Shown: positions 43,636 to 54,071 of the stretch, in pieces | Numbering within the stretch: the first letter of the stretch is position 1 | How the letters are laid out: every line of letters begins with the position of its first letter | From: Meyerozyma guilliermondii | Taxonomy: Eukaryota | Length of the DNA stretch: 64,000 bases | Direction of reading: 5' to 3' | Assembly (NCBI GenBank): GCA_051546255.1 | Contig: CP128819.1 | Location: 434,001-498,000 of the forward strand | Program-made: the position numbers and the translations under genes | The notes under the pieces: model-generated | Told to the model about the DNA's origin: nothing | The model's input: only the letters and a program-made list of their open reading frames with translations | Databases searched by the model: none

Positions 43636-45993
43636 ATGAGTGCTGCTGTTCCGTCGCTGAGCGACATGGTTAAGCCGACCGTCAGCGAAAGCACGCGCAG
43701 TACATCTGAGGGCCCAAAAGAGACCGAGAACAAGAGCAATTACGTTCCGTTTCCCTGGTATAGAAACCTCTTCTACGACCTTCTTTTATGGATTTTGGCC
43801 ACAATTGTCAACAATTTTTTCCGGGAAGTGAAAACCAGGGGTGCTTTCCGAGTCCCCAGATCTGGACCAGTGATCTTTGTGGCGGCTCCGCATGCTAACC
43901 AATTTGTGGATGGTGTGGTTCTTATGAACCAAGTGAAGCGTGAGGCTAATCGCCGGATTTCATTTTTGATCGCTGCCAAGTCCTATCGCCAAAAGTTCAT
44001 TGGCCATTTTTCTCGAGTCCAGCAGTCTATTCCTGTTGTCAGAGCCCAGGATAATTTGAAGCCAGGAAGGGGAAAAATCAAGATTGATCTTGATAATGAT
44101 CGCCTTCTCGTAATTGGAACTGGCACCAAGTTCACGGAAGATTGCTCGCCAAAGGGCATTATTGCCTTGCCACAGTCGCTTGGAGCTTCGGAGGTCGTGG
44201 AGGTGCGCTCCGATACCGAACTCGTCATCAGAAAAGAGTTTAAAGACACTCAGCAGATTCGCACTCTTTTAACTAAGGGCACATCTTTTAAGGCTGCCCA
44301 CAAGGTGGACCAAAAAGAAGTTTACGAACGAGTATTCGAGCACCTTTCGCATGGAAATTGTATAGGTATTTTTCCTGAGGGTGGTTCACATGATAGAACG
44401 GACCTTCTTCCTCTCAAAGCTGGAGTAGCCATCATGGCTCTTGGTGCTATGCAGCATGACCCAGGATGTAACGTCACAATTGTACCATGTGGTATGAACT
44501 ACTTCAATGCTCACAAATTCAGATCCAGAGCAGTAGTTGAGTTTGGCCATCCCATTGAAATTCCAAGAGAACTTGTGAAGAAATACTCAAATCCATCAAC
44601 TAATCGTGAGTCTGTCAAAGAACTTCTTGAAATCATCACTACGGGCTTGAAGGCTGTCACCGTAACTTGTGAAGACTATGAGACCCTTATGATGGTTCAA
44701 GCAGCAAGACGTTTGTACGCTGGTAACTTTGCCCAGTATCTTCCTATTCCCTTAGTTGTGGAAATGAACCGCCGGTTGGTTCTTGGATACCAGACCTATA
44801 AGAACGAGAAAACAATTCAAGACATTAGAGAAAAAGTTATCAAGTATAACAAGCTTCTCTCTCTGTTATATCTCCCTGATCATCACGTTGAGGAGTGTGA
44901 CGAGTCAAACAAGTTGAGAGTTTTGCCCATTTTTCTTTTCCGAATTTTCAAAATGATATTTTTATTTCTCCTTGCCTTACCAGGTTCCATTTTGTTTTCG
45001 CCTGTGTTTATTTGTTCAAAGATAGTTTCAGGTCGCAAACGGGCCACCGCTCTTGCCAACTCGACTGTGAAAATCAGAGGTAGAGATGTCATTGCTACAT
45101 GGAAGATTTTAATAGCCATGGGTGTTGCACCTCTAGTATACAGTTTCTATGCAACTGTGGGAACGATTTACTGTTACTTCTATGGCATTCTTCACTACAA
45201 ACTTGTATCCATTTGGTTTGCATTGTATATGCTAGGCGTGTTGGTTACATACGCCGCTTTACTCGTTGGTGAACAAGGTGTCGATTTACTCAAGTCTATG
45301 AGACCACTTTACCTCTCGTTAACATCTGGTTCATCCATTCGTGAATTGAAGATAATGCGCAAAGAATTGGCAGAGGAAATCACCAACCTCGTTAATCATT
45401 ACGGACCAGAGTTATTTCCTGATGACTTCAATTTATTGCACATTCGTGACAAGTTGTATGCTAATGAAGGCTACATCGATAGTGATGAAGAAGAAGAACG
45501 CAAGACTCAAGAGTTGCGTAATAGACGTATGCGCAATCGCAAGGCTGCAAAGAAGCACAAAGCAGCCGCTACAAAGACCATGGAACTCAAAAGCGAATCC
45601 TCCTCGTCCATCAACGACACAGAGCTTTCGCTTCAGGATGAGGAAGTCTCTTCCATTTCCGACGGTATTTCTTATGTGAATTCTGAAAACTCTTTGAGTA
45701 ATATTCCATTGTTTTCCGATTATCACTTGCATATGAACGCTTCGAACCCTGATTTACAACTTGAAGCTCAGTCCAACTTTCATCTGACAGCGTCTATGGC
45801 TGATGATTATAACCTGAGAAACATGGACAATCGACCTGCGTACTCGAGAAATAACTCTCATCTAGAGTTGAACTTTGCCAACGCCAAACATCGCCGTGAG
45901 CCTTCTGATGCGTTAAGGACGACACAGAAAATGAAGCTCAGTGACAAGATCAAGAACCAAGTCAGACAAGGACGCACACAGGGTGAGACCTAA
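43636..45993 (+). CDS. SCT1: Glycerol-3-phosphate/DHAP sn-1 acyltransferase (Sct1/Gpt2 family)
   Basis: APHANQFVD (HxxxxD), IGIFPEGGSHDR, LPLKAGVA, HKFRSRAVVEFG; ATG 43636 taken as start. Confidence 0.88.
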   Translation: MSAAVPSLSDMVKPTVSESTRSTSEGPKETENKSNYVPFPWYRNLFYDLLLWILATIVNNFFREVKTRGAFRVPRSGPVIFVAAPHANQFVDGVVLMNQVKREANRRISFLIAAKSYRQKFIGHFSRVQQSIPVVRAQDNLKPGRGKIKIDLDNDRLLVIGTGTKFTEDCSPKGIIALPQSLGASEVVEVRSDTELVIRKEFKDTQQIRTLLTKGTSFKAAHKVDQKEVYERVFEHLSHGNCIGIFPEGGSHDRTDLLPLKAGVAIMALGAMQHDPGCNVTIVPCGMNYFNAHKFRSRAVVEFGHPIEIPRELVKKYSNPSTNRESVKELLEIITTGLKAVTVTCEDYETLMMVQAARRLYAGNFAQYLPIPLVVEMNRRLVLGYQTYKNEKTIQDIREKVIKYNKLLSLLYLPDHHVEECDESNKLRVLPIFLFRIFKMIFLFLLALPGSILFSPVFICSKIVSGRKRATALANSTVKIRGRDVIATWKILIAMGVAPLVYSFYATVGTIYCYFYGILHYKLVSIWFALYMLGVLVTYAALLVGEQGVDLLKSMRPLYLSLTSGSSIRELKIMRKELAEEITNLVNHYGPELFPDDFNLLHIRDKLYANEGYIDSDEEEERKTQELRNRRMRNRKAAKKHKAAATKTMELKSESSSSINDTELSLQDEEVSSISDGISYVNSENSLSNIPLFSDYHLHMNASNPDLQLEAQSNFHLTASMADDYNLRNMDNRPAYSRNNSHLELNFANAKHRREPSDALRTTQKMKLSDKIKNQVRQGRTQGET

Positions 45994-46063
45994 TATCAAT
46001 GTAATCTACATAATATGTAATTTAATTTAATTAATTCAATTGTAATGCATTAGACTGATATTA

Positions 46064-48259
46064 TTAGTTCATGTTTGCCTGCCTCTCATAAAATTCAGCA
46101 ACTTCAGTAGAGCTTGTAGCGTCCTCGATTCCTTTATCGTCTCGAACTCTCAAAAATCTTGGAAATCGTAACGATATACCTTTGCCATATTCATGATGAG
46201 CTGCTTTATAGATTGGACTCAACGATAAATCGGCAGTCAAAACTTCAAATACCAATGTCGGCTCAAACCAGACATCTGGCACAGCATTTGAATTCGTTGT
46301 ATCGTAGACGTAGTAAGATTTTGGTTGCTTGATCTCAGTTGGTGAAAGCTTGGCATGAAGATCTGCTAAGTCCTGTTCTGAAAAGCCAGTTCCAATCTTA
46401 CATGTGGTCTCATACTCACCTGTGTCTTGATTGTACGATGCCAAAAGAAACCCACCGTAGCCACCAGTACGCTTACCTCGACCGATATACGCTCCAATAA
46501 CCACCAAGTCCAAGGAATCTCCAACTCCAGCAAGATAATCTTTTTTCAACTTTAACCAATTACGAGACCTCTTGGAAGGTTCATAATATGAGTCGGGACC
46601 ATGAAGCATTTTCACCATAAGTCCCTCACAAGCATCCTTCACCGACTGGTCAAGAAATGCTTGAAGCTCATCAAGATTAGAAGAGTTCTTGGCTGTAGCA
46701 AACTGAAACTTACCCTCGATCGTATCGATATGTTTGTGCATAATCTCTCGTCTATCAGCAAGAGACTTCGTTATAAGCGGTTCTCCATTATAATATAGTA
46801 AATCAAATGCAAACAAGCAAATGTGCACTTTGATATCTTTCTCATCAACATCCTTCCGCTTTCTGGTAGACAACACTTGAAACGGTAAAATCTTATTATT
46901 AACTCTGTCCCACGCAACAGCTTCACAATCGAGTACCATTGAGGTGATTTTTGTTTCCTCTGCCTGAGTTTTCACAAAGTCTTTCAAAATGGAAATCAAA
47001 TCAGGATACCTTTGTGACATGTCTTCAGAGTTTCTGGAGTATATGCGAACTTCTCCTGTTTCCAATAAGTGTACTTGGGCTCGCTCACCATCGTATTTGT
47101 ATTCGCAGGTAAAATCTTCACCTTGAAATCTGTCGAGGACTTCACTTATAGATTTGGTGGGCTTTGCTAACATCGGTTTCAAGGGAATGCCCGGCGTGAG
47201 CTTGCAATGCTCAAGGAGATTAAACACTCCAAACTCTGCTGCCTTTTTGATTAGCACCTCGTAATTTGGAGTTCTTGAAAACGCTTCACGAACAATGTCT
47301 TCCGCAGATGTGAGCTTTTCCGGATTTATCTTCTTACCACTGGAAGATAGTTCGTGGTTGACAAATGCTTGAGCAAGGGCTATCAATACAGTTTTTTCAG
47401 CCAATCCAATACGAAGTTTGCCCTCCAAGGATCGTATCAAAAATTTAGCCTCATTGCTCTTGAGATCACAAGCAGTAAGCATTTTGTTGATCATGCCAAT
47501 TTTCTTTCCCTGAGAATCCTTGCCCGAGAATTTTGCAATCTTGGTCAAATTTTCAAAGACGGTGTCCACGTCCAATGAAGTAGGACGAAACATTGTGGGC
47601 TGGCCTGATCTCGACTTTTGTGCAACAATTCCCAAATCCCCAACTTCGTGATAATCCTTTTTGATCTTAGCAGGGGCTCTTCCATAACACTCACTGATTG
47701 CCTTAATGAGTAACGTCTCACCCAAACCAAGCTCAAGGTCAGGCTCGTAATCTGGACCCAAGCGGTTGATAAAGAGATAAACTATCTTGACCAATTTATC
47801 AGGTGAAGATTGCTCTAATATCTCCTGAAAGAATTGAGAAACAATTGCGGTGATTGCCAATCTGGAAGATTCTCCCTCAATCTTTTCAAACACTTCGGTA
47901 AGCTTAGCGTAAGGAATTTTTGGTCCTAACGTCTCGTTAGTATGTTTCTTGGCTTCGTTATCAGTCATGGTTATCAATTTAGATGCTTCGGTTTTTGTGG
48001 TTGGAGCAGACGCAGCTTTTTCGGGGCTCTGTGGTGGCTCACCGCTTTCAACAGGGGAAGATTTGTCCTCAGGGGTCCCATTTTTCTCATCAATAAGGGT
48101 ATTTATATCTTCCTTTTTAATTCGCTTTACATCTTTCTTTTCATCAAGTTTGCGCTTCGTTACATTTGAGCCTCCGAAGAACCTGGCAATTGATTGCTGT
48201 TGTGGCATTAAACGGATATATTGTCTGGGATTGAAGCAACGGATACTAATCCGGAGCAT
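46064..48259 (-). CDS. CDC9: DNA ligase I (nuclear and mitochondrial forms)
   Basis: EYKYDGERAQ active site, CEGLMVK, WLKLKKDY, SLRFPRF; presequence-like N-terminus then MPQQQSIARFF PIP box. Confidence 0.97.
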   Translation of the reverse strand: MLRISIRCFNPRQYIRLMPQQQSIARFFGGSNVTKRKLDEKKDVKRIKKEDINTLIDEKNGTPEDKSSPVESGEPPQSPEKAASAPTTKTEASKLITMTDNEAKKHTNETLGPKIPYAKLTEVFEKIEGESSRLAITAIVSQFFQEILEQSSPDKLVKIVYLFINRLGPDYEPDLELGLGETLLIKAISECYGRAPAKIKKDYHEVGDLGIVAQKSRSGQPTMFRPTSLDVDTVFENLTKIAKFSGKDSQGKKIGMINKMLTACDLKSNEAKFLIRSLEGKLRIGLAEKTVLIALAQAFVNHELSSSGKKINPEKLTSAEDIVREAFSRTPNYEVLIKKAAEFGVFNLLEHCKLTPGIPLKPMLAKPTKSISEVLDRFQGEDFTCEYKYDGERAQVHLLETGEVRIYSRNSEDMSQRYPDLISILKDFVKTQAEETKITSMVLDCEAVAWDRVNNKILPFQVLSTRKRKDVDEKDIKVHICLFAFDLLYYNGEPLITKSLADRREIMHKHIDTIEGKFQFATAKNSSNLDELQAFLDQSVKDACEGLMVKMLHGPDSYYEPSKRSRNWLKLKKDYLAGVGDSLDLVVIGAYIGRGKRTGGYGGFLLASYNQDTGEYETTCKIGTGFSEQDLADLHAKLSPTEIKQPKSYYVYDTTNSNAVPDVWFEPTLVFEVLTADLSLSPIYKAAHHEYGKGISLRFPRFLRVRDDKGIEDATSSTEVAEFYERQANMN

Positions 48260-48354
48260 ACAAGAAGGATAAATATGTGTTAGTCGCGTCGTGAGACAGG
48301 TGAAATTTACTTCGCACCTCTACAACTTCTCAAATAATACATGGCTTAGGTATT

Positions 48355-49764
48355 CTATAGCGCTGAGTCCCATATGGCTTGTGGACCCTTGTACTTATAC
48401 ACCTCTGAATCGACAAACATCTCTCCTCCGTGGTTGGAATTTCCACCGAATATTTGCTTGGCGTAGATTTCTGCTCCAAGAAAATAGACATCTTCCCAGG
48501 ATCCACCGCTCTCTTTTGGTAGCTTCCATTCTGGAAAATATTCCGGATGTTTTGCAAGCTTTATTGATCCAGGAACCTGAACAACATTAAAACCTTCGTT
48601 AGAGTCGTTTACTTCCTCAGCTTGTTGGTAAGCCAAGATTGCCGAGTTAACATTCTTTGACTTCTCTTTGTTGGAAACGTCGTTAGCAGGCCGCACAAGA
48701 TAGTCAGCGGTAAGCTTCATAAGTAAAGCATGTTTCAACCCGGGGATTTTGAACGTGGAGCCCACGAATATCAAGTTATCGTAACATTGTTGTCTCTTTT
48801 CGAGGTCGGGAATAGATAAGAGAGATGTGTAGATGGCATGGGCAATGGTGTTAATGAAGCTTTTACAGCCTTGGAACCGTTCTTTTCCAACGTAGATTTT
48901 CTCTTTTGTGTCCGGGTCCAAGAAAAAGTTGGACTCAAGCTCTCTGTTCTTCTGTTTCGATGGCGCATCAGCCGCCTCACCGTCTTTTTCTTCGCCATTG
49001 GCGACCGCAGCGGTTTCTGAAGAAGACTCGGTAACCAACTTGGCAATGTCGAAATTATCGTCTTCCTCATTTCCCTCGCTTACTCGGTTCAAGTCAGCAA
49101 AGGAGTAGAAGGAATCTTCCTCGTCGTTTAACACCTCAAAGATTCCCGAAGTCTTGAGAGCTTCGATCTGGTTTGCGGTCAATTTAGGAAGAAGCGCAGC
49201 CAATTCTTCATTGACCAGCTTCCCGCCAACATCGGCAATATACTTTCCAGCATACTTCACACATTGGTTTCCCACTACCGGCATTATTTGAACGCTGTCT
49301 CGTCCAACATTGACGACACATGAACTTGTAGAGGAGCCCATGGCGAAATTAGATGCCAAAGCAATATCGATCACATTAAAAGCATTGAAATCAAGAGTCT
49401 CCAAGACATACTTTGTTATATGCTCCACCTGGTACCTCGACCACGCCAAAGATGGTGTTATCAAGAGCAATGGTATTTGACTGATGGTGATAATGGGGTT
49501 CTGAGAAATCACACTCTGGAGGATAATATTCAATAGGTATTGGAAAGCTTCCAAGTCAACTATGCGACTTCCTTGAACAGGTTTTATCTCTTTGTACTTG
49601 CCCTCTTCATTTTTAGAATGATACTCTCCATTTTCTGCCTGGAAAACGACCGATGGAACCTTATACTGAGGTGGTGATAACGAGTCCTGAAGTCCAAACA
49701 GGAAAATAGTATGTAGAGACCCTACGTGTATTACGAGAAAGTTCTCCTCTCTAAACAAAGGCAT
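48355..49764 (-). CDS. ARP9: Actin-related protein Arp9 (RSC/SWI-SNF)
   Basis: Divergent actin fold; MPLFREENFLVIH N-terminus, KHPEYFPEWK, FLGAEIYAKQIF, Y..KGP.AIWD C-terminus. Confidence 0.85.
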   Translation of the reverse strand: MPLFREENFLVIHVGSLHTIFLFGLQDSLSPPQYKVPSVVFQAENGEYHSKNEEGKYKEIKPVQGSRIVDLEAFQYLLNIILQSVISQNPIITISQIPLLLITPSLAWSRYQVEHITKYVLETLDFNAFNVIDIALASNFAMGSSTSSCVVNVGRDSVQIMPVVGNQCVKYAGKYIADVGGKLVNEELAALLPKLTANQIEALKTSGIFEVLNDEEDSFYSFADLNRVSEGNEEDDNFDIAKLVTESSSETAAVANGEEKDGEAADAPSKQKNRELESNFFLDPDTKEKIYVGKERFQGCKSFINTIAHAIYTSLLSIPDLEKRQQCYDNLIFVGSTFKIPGLKHALLMKLTADYLVRPANDVSNKEKSKNVNSAILAYQQAEEVNDSNEGFNVVQVPGSIKLAKHPEYFPEWKLPKESGGSWEDVYFLGAEIYAKQIFGGNSNHGGEMFVDSEVYKYKGPQAIWDSAL

Positions 49765-49939
49765 GGTGAACTGGTCTCGTGCTCAGGAATAATATGTGAA
49801 TGGATTGATGAGGTGGTATAGACTCGATTGTCAACAGAAACAGTTCACGAAATTTTGGCGTGCGAATACCCAAAGACATCAAGAGTAAATGGCTGCGAAA
49901 GACCAAGTTGGGATGAATTATTATGTACGCTATTTACGT

Positions 49940-51154
49940 CTAATCGAAATCGTCATCTTGCACATTTGCAAGAAACTTGTTGTAGTTGGCCGTGGTACCC
50001 AAAATTGACTTTTTACTCATCATCGTATCCAGGCGACGAATGTCTGGAGCACCGCCAGCCATCTCTTCATGGGAGATTAGTTTGACTTCGTTGATGAAAG
50101 GCAAGTCATCTGATACTGGTGGAAGGTTTTTATGCTTATAGCTAGCCGAGTCAGACAGCTCCTGGCTGGTGTTTGTTCTGGGCCGCATAAGATCAAGCGA
50201 TTGACTTGAATTCTGTCTACTTCTAGAGGGGATGACACCGGAAGAATGTCTCCTCGAATATTGTCTAGGATCAGTCGTGAAACCGCGGTTTAACTTGGGG
50301 GCAACTTTCTTGTCAGTAGGAAGTTCAGGGTTCGAGGAGTATTTGTCTCGAGGTGATGAATACTTGAACGGTGTAACACGAGTCAAGGTATTTCTGCGAA
50401 CTTGCTTTGGAGGTATGGGCGTTGTTGTTTGCCCATTCAGTTCATCAACAGCTACATCACTGTCGACGCTCATCATGTCTTCTGAGTCATACTCCGGACT
50501 CTCTTGCCTGGGTTGATTTGTGGTGGGCAATGGACGCACGTAGGAGGAAATGTTGCGAGCAAGCTGGCGTAATGTAGAAGCGTCCTGGATCTTGATGAGA
50601 CCACAATACCAGCAGATGACACCTAAAACTGTACCCCATAACACACCAAGCTTGGCGAACCCTAGGGCTATTACAGTGTAGTGAGCAAGAAGTGGCCAAA
50701 CGTGAACAAGAACAACAGATGAGACTGCGCCCAACAAAAAGCTGGGAATGTGAAAATGAAGTCCAACCATTGATTTGATTTGAACCACGGGCGGGGGAAG
50801 CTCGGGTTCGATCGAGTGATCGGAGGAAGTGGGCAGAACTGTCCTTTTTGAATTTGCCTTTTTCGCATTCGGAGTGAAAGTATTGGGGTTTGCTGGTGAA
50901 GTATGGCGAGTTTGTAGCGGAGGCGGCTTACTGGAACTGGGTGGGGCCAGATCAACTGGCTTGTCATTGAGGTCCAGTTGCACTTCATATGCACATCCTA
51001 TGAGCTCATTGAGGTAGTCATTAACACCTTTTTTTGCCGAATTGCCTCCCGCTGCCCCGTCTCCATCCTTATCGTCCACCTTCTTGAGACGGAATACACC
51101 GTCCGGGCCCTGCTTGTACACAAGCTTCTTCTTTGACGCTGTGACCGTCGCCAT
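49940..51154 (-). CDS. Uncharacterised membrane protein (central hydrophobic hairpin, disordered flanks)
   Basis: 404-aa ORF; about 50-residue hydrophobic segment FHIPSFLLG...WYCGLI; no family recognised. Confidence 0.75.
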   Translation of the reverse strand: MATVTASKKKLVYKQGPDGVFRLKKVDDKDGDGAAGGNSAKKGVNDYLNELIGCAYEVQLDLNDKPVDLAPPSSSKPPPLQTRHTSPANPNTFTPNAKKANSKRTVLPTSSDHSIEPELPPPVVQIKSMVGLHFHIPSFLLGAVSSVVLVHVWPLLAHYTVIALGFAKLGVLWGTVLGVICWYCGLIKIQDASTLRQLARNISSYVRPLPTTNQPRQESPEYDSEDMMSVDSDVAVDELNGQTTTPIPPKQVRRNTLTRVTPFKYSSPRDKYSSNPELPTDKKVAPKLNRGFTTDPRQYSRRHSSGVIPSRSRQNSSQSLDLMRPRTNTSQELSDSASYKHKNLPPVSDDLPFINEVKLISHEEMAGGAPDIRRLDTMMSKKSILGTTANYNKFLANVQDDDFD

Positions 51155-51626
51155 CTTATAAACCGAAATCGGCCACTGAAGAGATTAACTATAAGCTTAG
51201 CCGATGCTTTGGAATTAGGAGTTCAAATTTCTTACTAAAATTCACAACACCTCCAAATTTCGTTTAGCCATGTGACTGAACCTTAAATCTCAACTGGTAG
51301 GGATATAGTTGATCTGGGGTTCGATAGTACTTATACAGACAAACTCTGCCCCTATAACTCTCGTGTGTAAGAGAATGACTCGTTTGACGAACAAATCGGT
51401 GTCCAATAACCTGACCTAAAAAACTACACAATAGTATTGTCTACTTGGTCATTGTATTGATTGTTAACCCAGAATGGAAGCTTACATAAGTGAGGTACCG
51501 CGAGATTATGCACCATAAGGGACCGCCGCATATTTAATGCCTGCTTATGTCAGCGGCGGCCGCTCACTATCACCTGGTTTCTCCAGGCTACAACCGAAGA
51601 CCCCTCTTTCTGTGACCTTTCTGCGG

Positions 51627-52115
51627 TTACCACTGGCCCCTAATACGGCGAGCGAGCTGGATGTCTTTTTGCATGATGGTCACACGCTTGGCGTGTATTG
51701 CACACAAATTTGTGTCTTCCAAGAGATGAACCAAGAACGCCTCGCATGCTTCTTGAAGTGCTAAAACGGCATGGGACTGCCACCTTATACCGTAATTTGC
51801 GCCGATGAATTCTTCGGCGATCTCTTTGACTAGTCGAGCAAATGGAAGTTTTCGGATCAAAAGTTCTGTGCTTTTCTGAAATTGTCTGATATCACGGAGT
51901 GCTTTCATTCCGGGACGATATCTACGCTTGCGTACAGTGCTCTGTGTAGTCCGAGTGGGAGGATCACCTGGTTGATTTCTGTAAAGTCCAAGTTCTCTTT
52001 GTCTCTGAATTGGTCGTACGACAGGCGAAGATTGGCCCGAACGATTTTCATAATTGGGGCGTCTGACAAGACTCAGGCCTGGCCCGAGACGGTTTGTTGT
52101 AGGTACCCGAGCCAT
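51627..52115 (-). CDS. CSE4: Centromeric histone H3 variant CENP-A
   Basis: H3 fold [34 protein letters not shown] (CenH3-type), long loop 1, divergent N-tail. Confidence 0.95.
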   Translation of the reverse strand: MARVPTTNRLGPGLSLVRRPNYENRSGQSSPVVRPIQRQRELGLYRNQPGDPPTRTTQSTVRKRRYRPGMKALRDIRQFQKSTELLIRKLPFARLVKEIAEEFIGANYGIRWQSHAVLALQEACEAFLVHLLEDTNLCAIHAKRVTIMQKDIQLARRIRGQW

Positions 52116-52353
52116 TGGCTATGCGAGGATGGTTTGGTAGAAAAAAGGGGAAGACCACTGGGAAGGTTTTTTGACGTGAATATTTCCTCATTAATTTTCC
52201 TAAATGGGCGACCAGCCACGCTTGTGTGCAGGCGATGACATAACACCCACTTGCAACAAGAAGAATAGACTTCAGTAGTTCCGAGCCTAAAGTTTGGTGA
52301 AAGTCCTCAAAGCAGTACTTTTGTTTGTCAAAGCTTTGTGGTGTGCAATTGAC

Positions 52354-52821
52354 TTACTCAATGTCATCGTACTTGCCCTCCAAAATGTCGTTAAGACCGT
52401 TCTGGATGATCTCGCTCTCCTCATCCAAAGGCATCTGTGCCAACTGCTTTTGCTTCTCGTAGCCTCCCATAACCGTTTTCATTCTCCAGCCAAACTCCTT
52501 GAATGTTGAGACATCCATCATCCAACAGGTTCCAAAAATGATCATTGACGAAACACTACCACACAAAACAGTACCTGTTCCCACAGCCACCGCTGCATCA
52601 GTGGTAAAGTTGTAGCTGGTTGGCGGCTGATGGTTCCCCTGGAAAAGTGTTGGAACATACTGGCGTGCCATAGTTGACTTGAAAGCAAATCTAGCCGCAA
52701 ATATTGTCGCAGCACCGGACGCCATGAATAATGCCATCTGATATTTTCTGCGTTGCTTGTACTCTTCTGAAGCCAGGGCAAGCTTGAAATCGTACTTTTC
52801 CAACAAATTTGTGAATGACAT
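52354..52821 (-). CDS. AIM11: Mitochondrial inner-membrane protein Aim11
   Basis: YKQRRKYQM..F, RQYVPTLFQGNH.PP, two TM segments. Confidence 0.8.
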   Translation of the reverse strand: MSFTNLLEKYDFKLALASEEYKQRRKYQMALFMASGAATIFAARFAFKSTMARQYVPTLFQGNHQPPTSYNFTTDAAVAVGTGTVLCGSVSSMIIFGTCWMMDVSTFKEFGWRMKTVMGGYEKQKQLAQMPLDEESEIIQNGLNDILEGKYDDIE

Positions 52822-52832
52822 CTGTGATTTGT

Positions 52833-54071
52833 TCAGAGTTGGTTTTCGCTTTTTACAATTTTCACCAGATTTTCCTGCACAGCGCTCTCTTGCTTGACAA
52901 AGGTGACCTTTTCAACATCGTGCTCTGAATACCATATTGAAACGTCTTTATCATCTTCTGCAATAAGTTTTCCCTCCAAATTGTTGAAATTTGCCCAGTA
53001 GAAAGTCCCACAGTCTTTATTCTGGTACTTATTCTCACAAGTCCAAAAGTACTTTCCTCTAGCCTCTACTGTCTTGAAAGATCTTCGTAAAGTCATTGCC
53101 ATGTCACACTTACACTTGGGGATATTCTGTATGATATCTTCTCTATAGTGCCGGAATGTCAAGTTAAAACGACCATTTCCACTGATAGGGTGCAGTTGGA
53201 TCGAGGCTCGCAACGCATTCACAGAATGACGATATTCCTCTTGACACCCAGGGTGCATGATTACCAAGCTATTGTGTGGCACCTGTATGGCATAGAGCTG
53301 TGAAGGAGAGTAATTCTTTCTAATTCTGAACTCTCTCGTGGCCCCAAGTGAAATCGATGCAATATAATTGTGGGGTCCAATGTGAGATAGTCGGTCCGAA
53401 TGCCAGTCCAAATTATTGGACATATGTTCATAGTAATTGACCACACAAACATCACAGGTCCATTTCTCTTTGCTCTGAAAAGGAAGAGGAGTTGAATACG
53501 GTATAATTTTCTCATTGATGAACTCGTTGACAAAAGTAGCGGCTCGACTTAATTCTTCGTCAAATTGATTGATTTTGGTATGGCTCTTACCATTGTAGAT
53601 CAACTGCTGATACTTTTCGTCTTTATACTTGCGGTCATGGAACAAACCCAGCGAGTGGTTTGCAACACACCAGTTGTCAAATAGAAAAAATTTATTCGGA
53701 GCCAAACGATCTCGTTTGCTCATAAGAAATTCCAATATCAGATTGGATAAATCCACCGGTAAAAAATTGCGATGTAGACTCACATAGGGTCCAAGATGAG
53801 CCGTCACATCCTCTGGGGTATAAAGCTGTATGGCTTTATTTTGTACAGTTACATTTGGTTTCCTTTTCTCAGTATGTTCACCTCCAAATATCGATGTAAT
53901 CGACGTTTGGTACTTTCCCAAACCGGTCTTCTTTCTCTTTGGAGCACTTCCAGAAAGCAATTCCAAAACTTGATTTAGCGATCCGCCACAAGCATCGTAT
54001 ATCTCCTTCAAAACCGACTTTTCAAACTGCGGAAACCGTGCCTCTAGAGTTCGTAGTTTCTCATCAGACAT
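52833..54071 (-). CDS. CUE + AlkB-family 2OG-Fe(II) dioxygenase + GRF zinc finger protein
   Basis: CUE (LEARFP...VLELL); NYY...WHSD..IASISLGATREF; H in YRHSV; RFNLTFR; GRF CKC...RGKYFWTC...CGTFYW. Confidence 0.88.
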   Translation of the reverse strand: MSDEKLRTLEARFPQFEKSVLKEIYDACGGSLNQVLELLSGSAPKRKKTGLGKYQTSITSIFGGEHTEKRKPNVTVQNKAIQLYTPEDVTAHLGPYVSLHRNFLPVDLSNLILEFLMSKRDRLAPNKFFLFDNWCVANHSLGLFHDRKYKDEKYQQLIYNGKSHTKINQFDEELSRAATFVNEFINEKIIPYSTPLPFQSKEKWTCDVCVVNYYEHMSNNLDWHSDRLSHIGPHNYIASISLGATREFRIRKNYSPSQLYAIQVPHNSLVIMHPGCQEEYRHSVNALRASIQLHPISGNGRFNLTFRHYREDIIQNIPKCKCDMAMTLRRSFKTVEARGKYFWTCENKYQNKDCGTFYWANFNNLEGKLIAEDDKDVSIWYSEHDVEKVTFVKQESAVQENLVKIVKSENQL

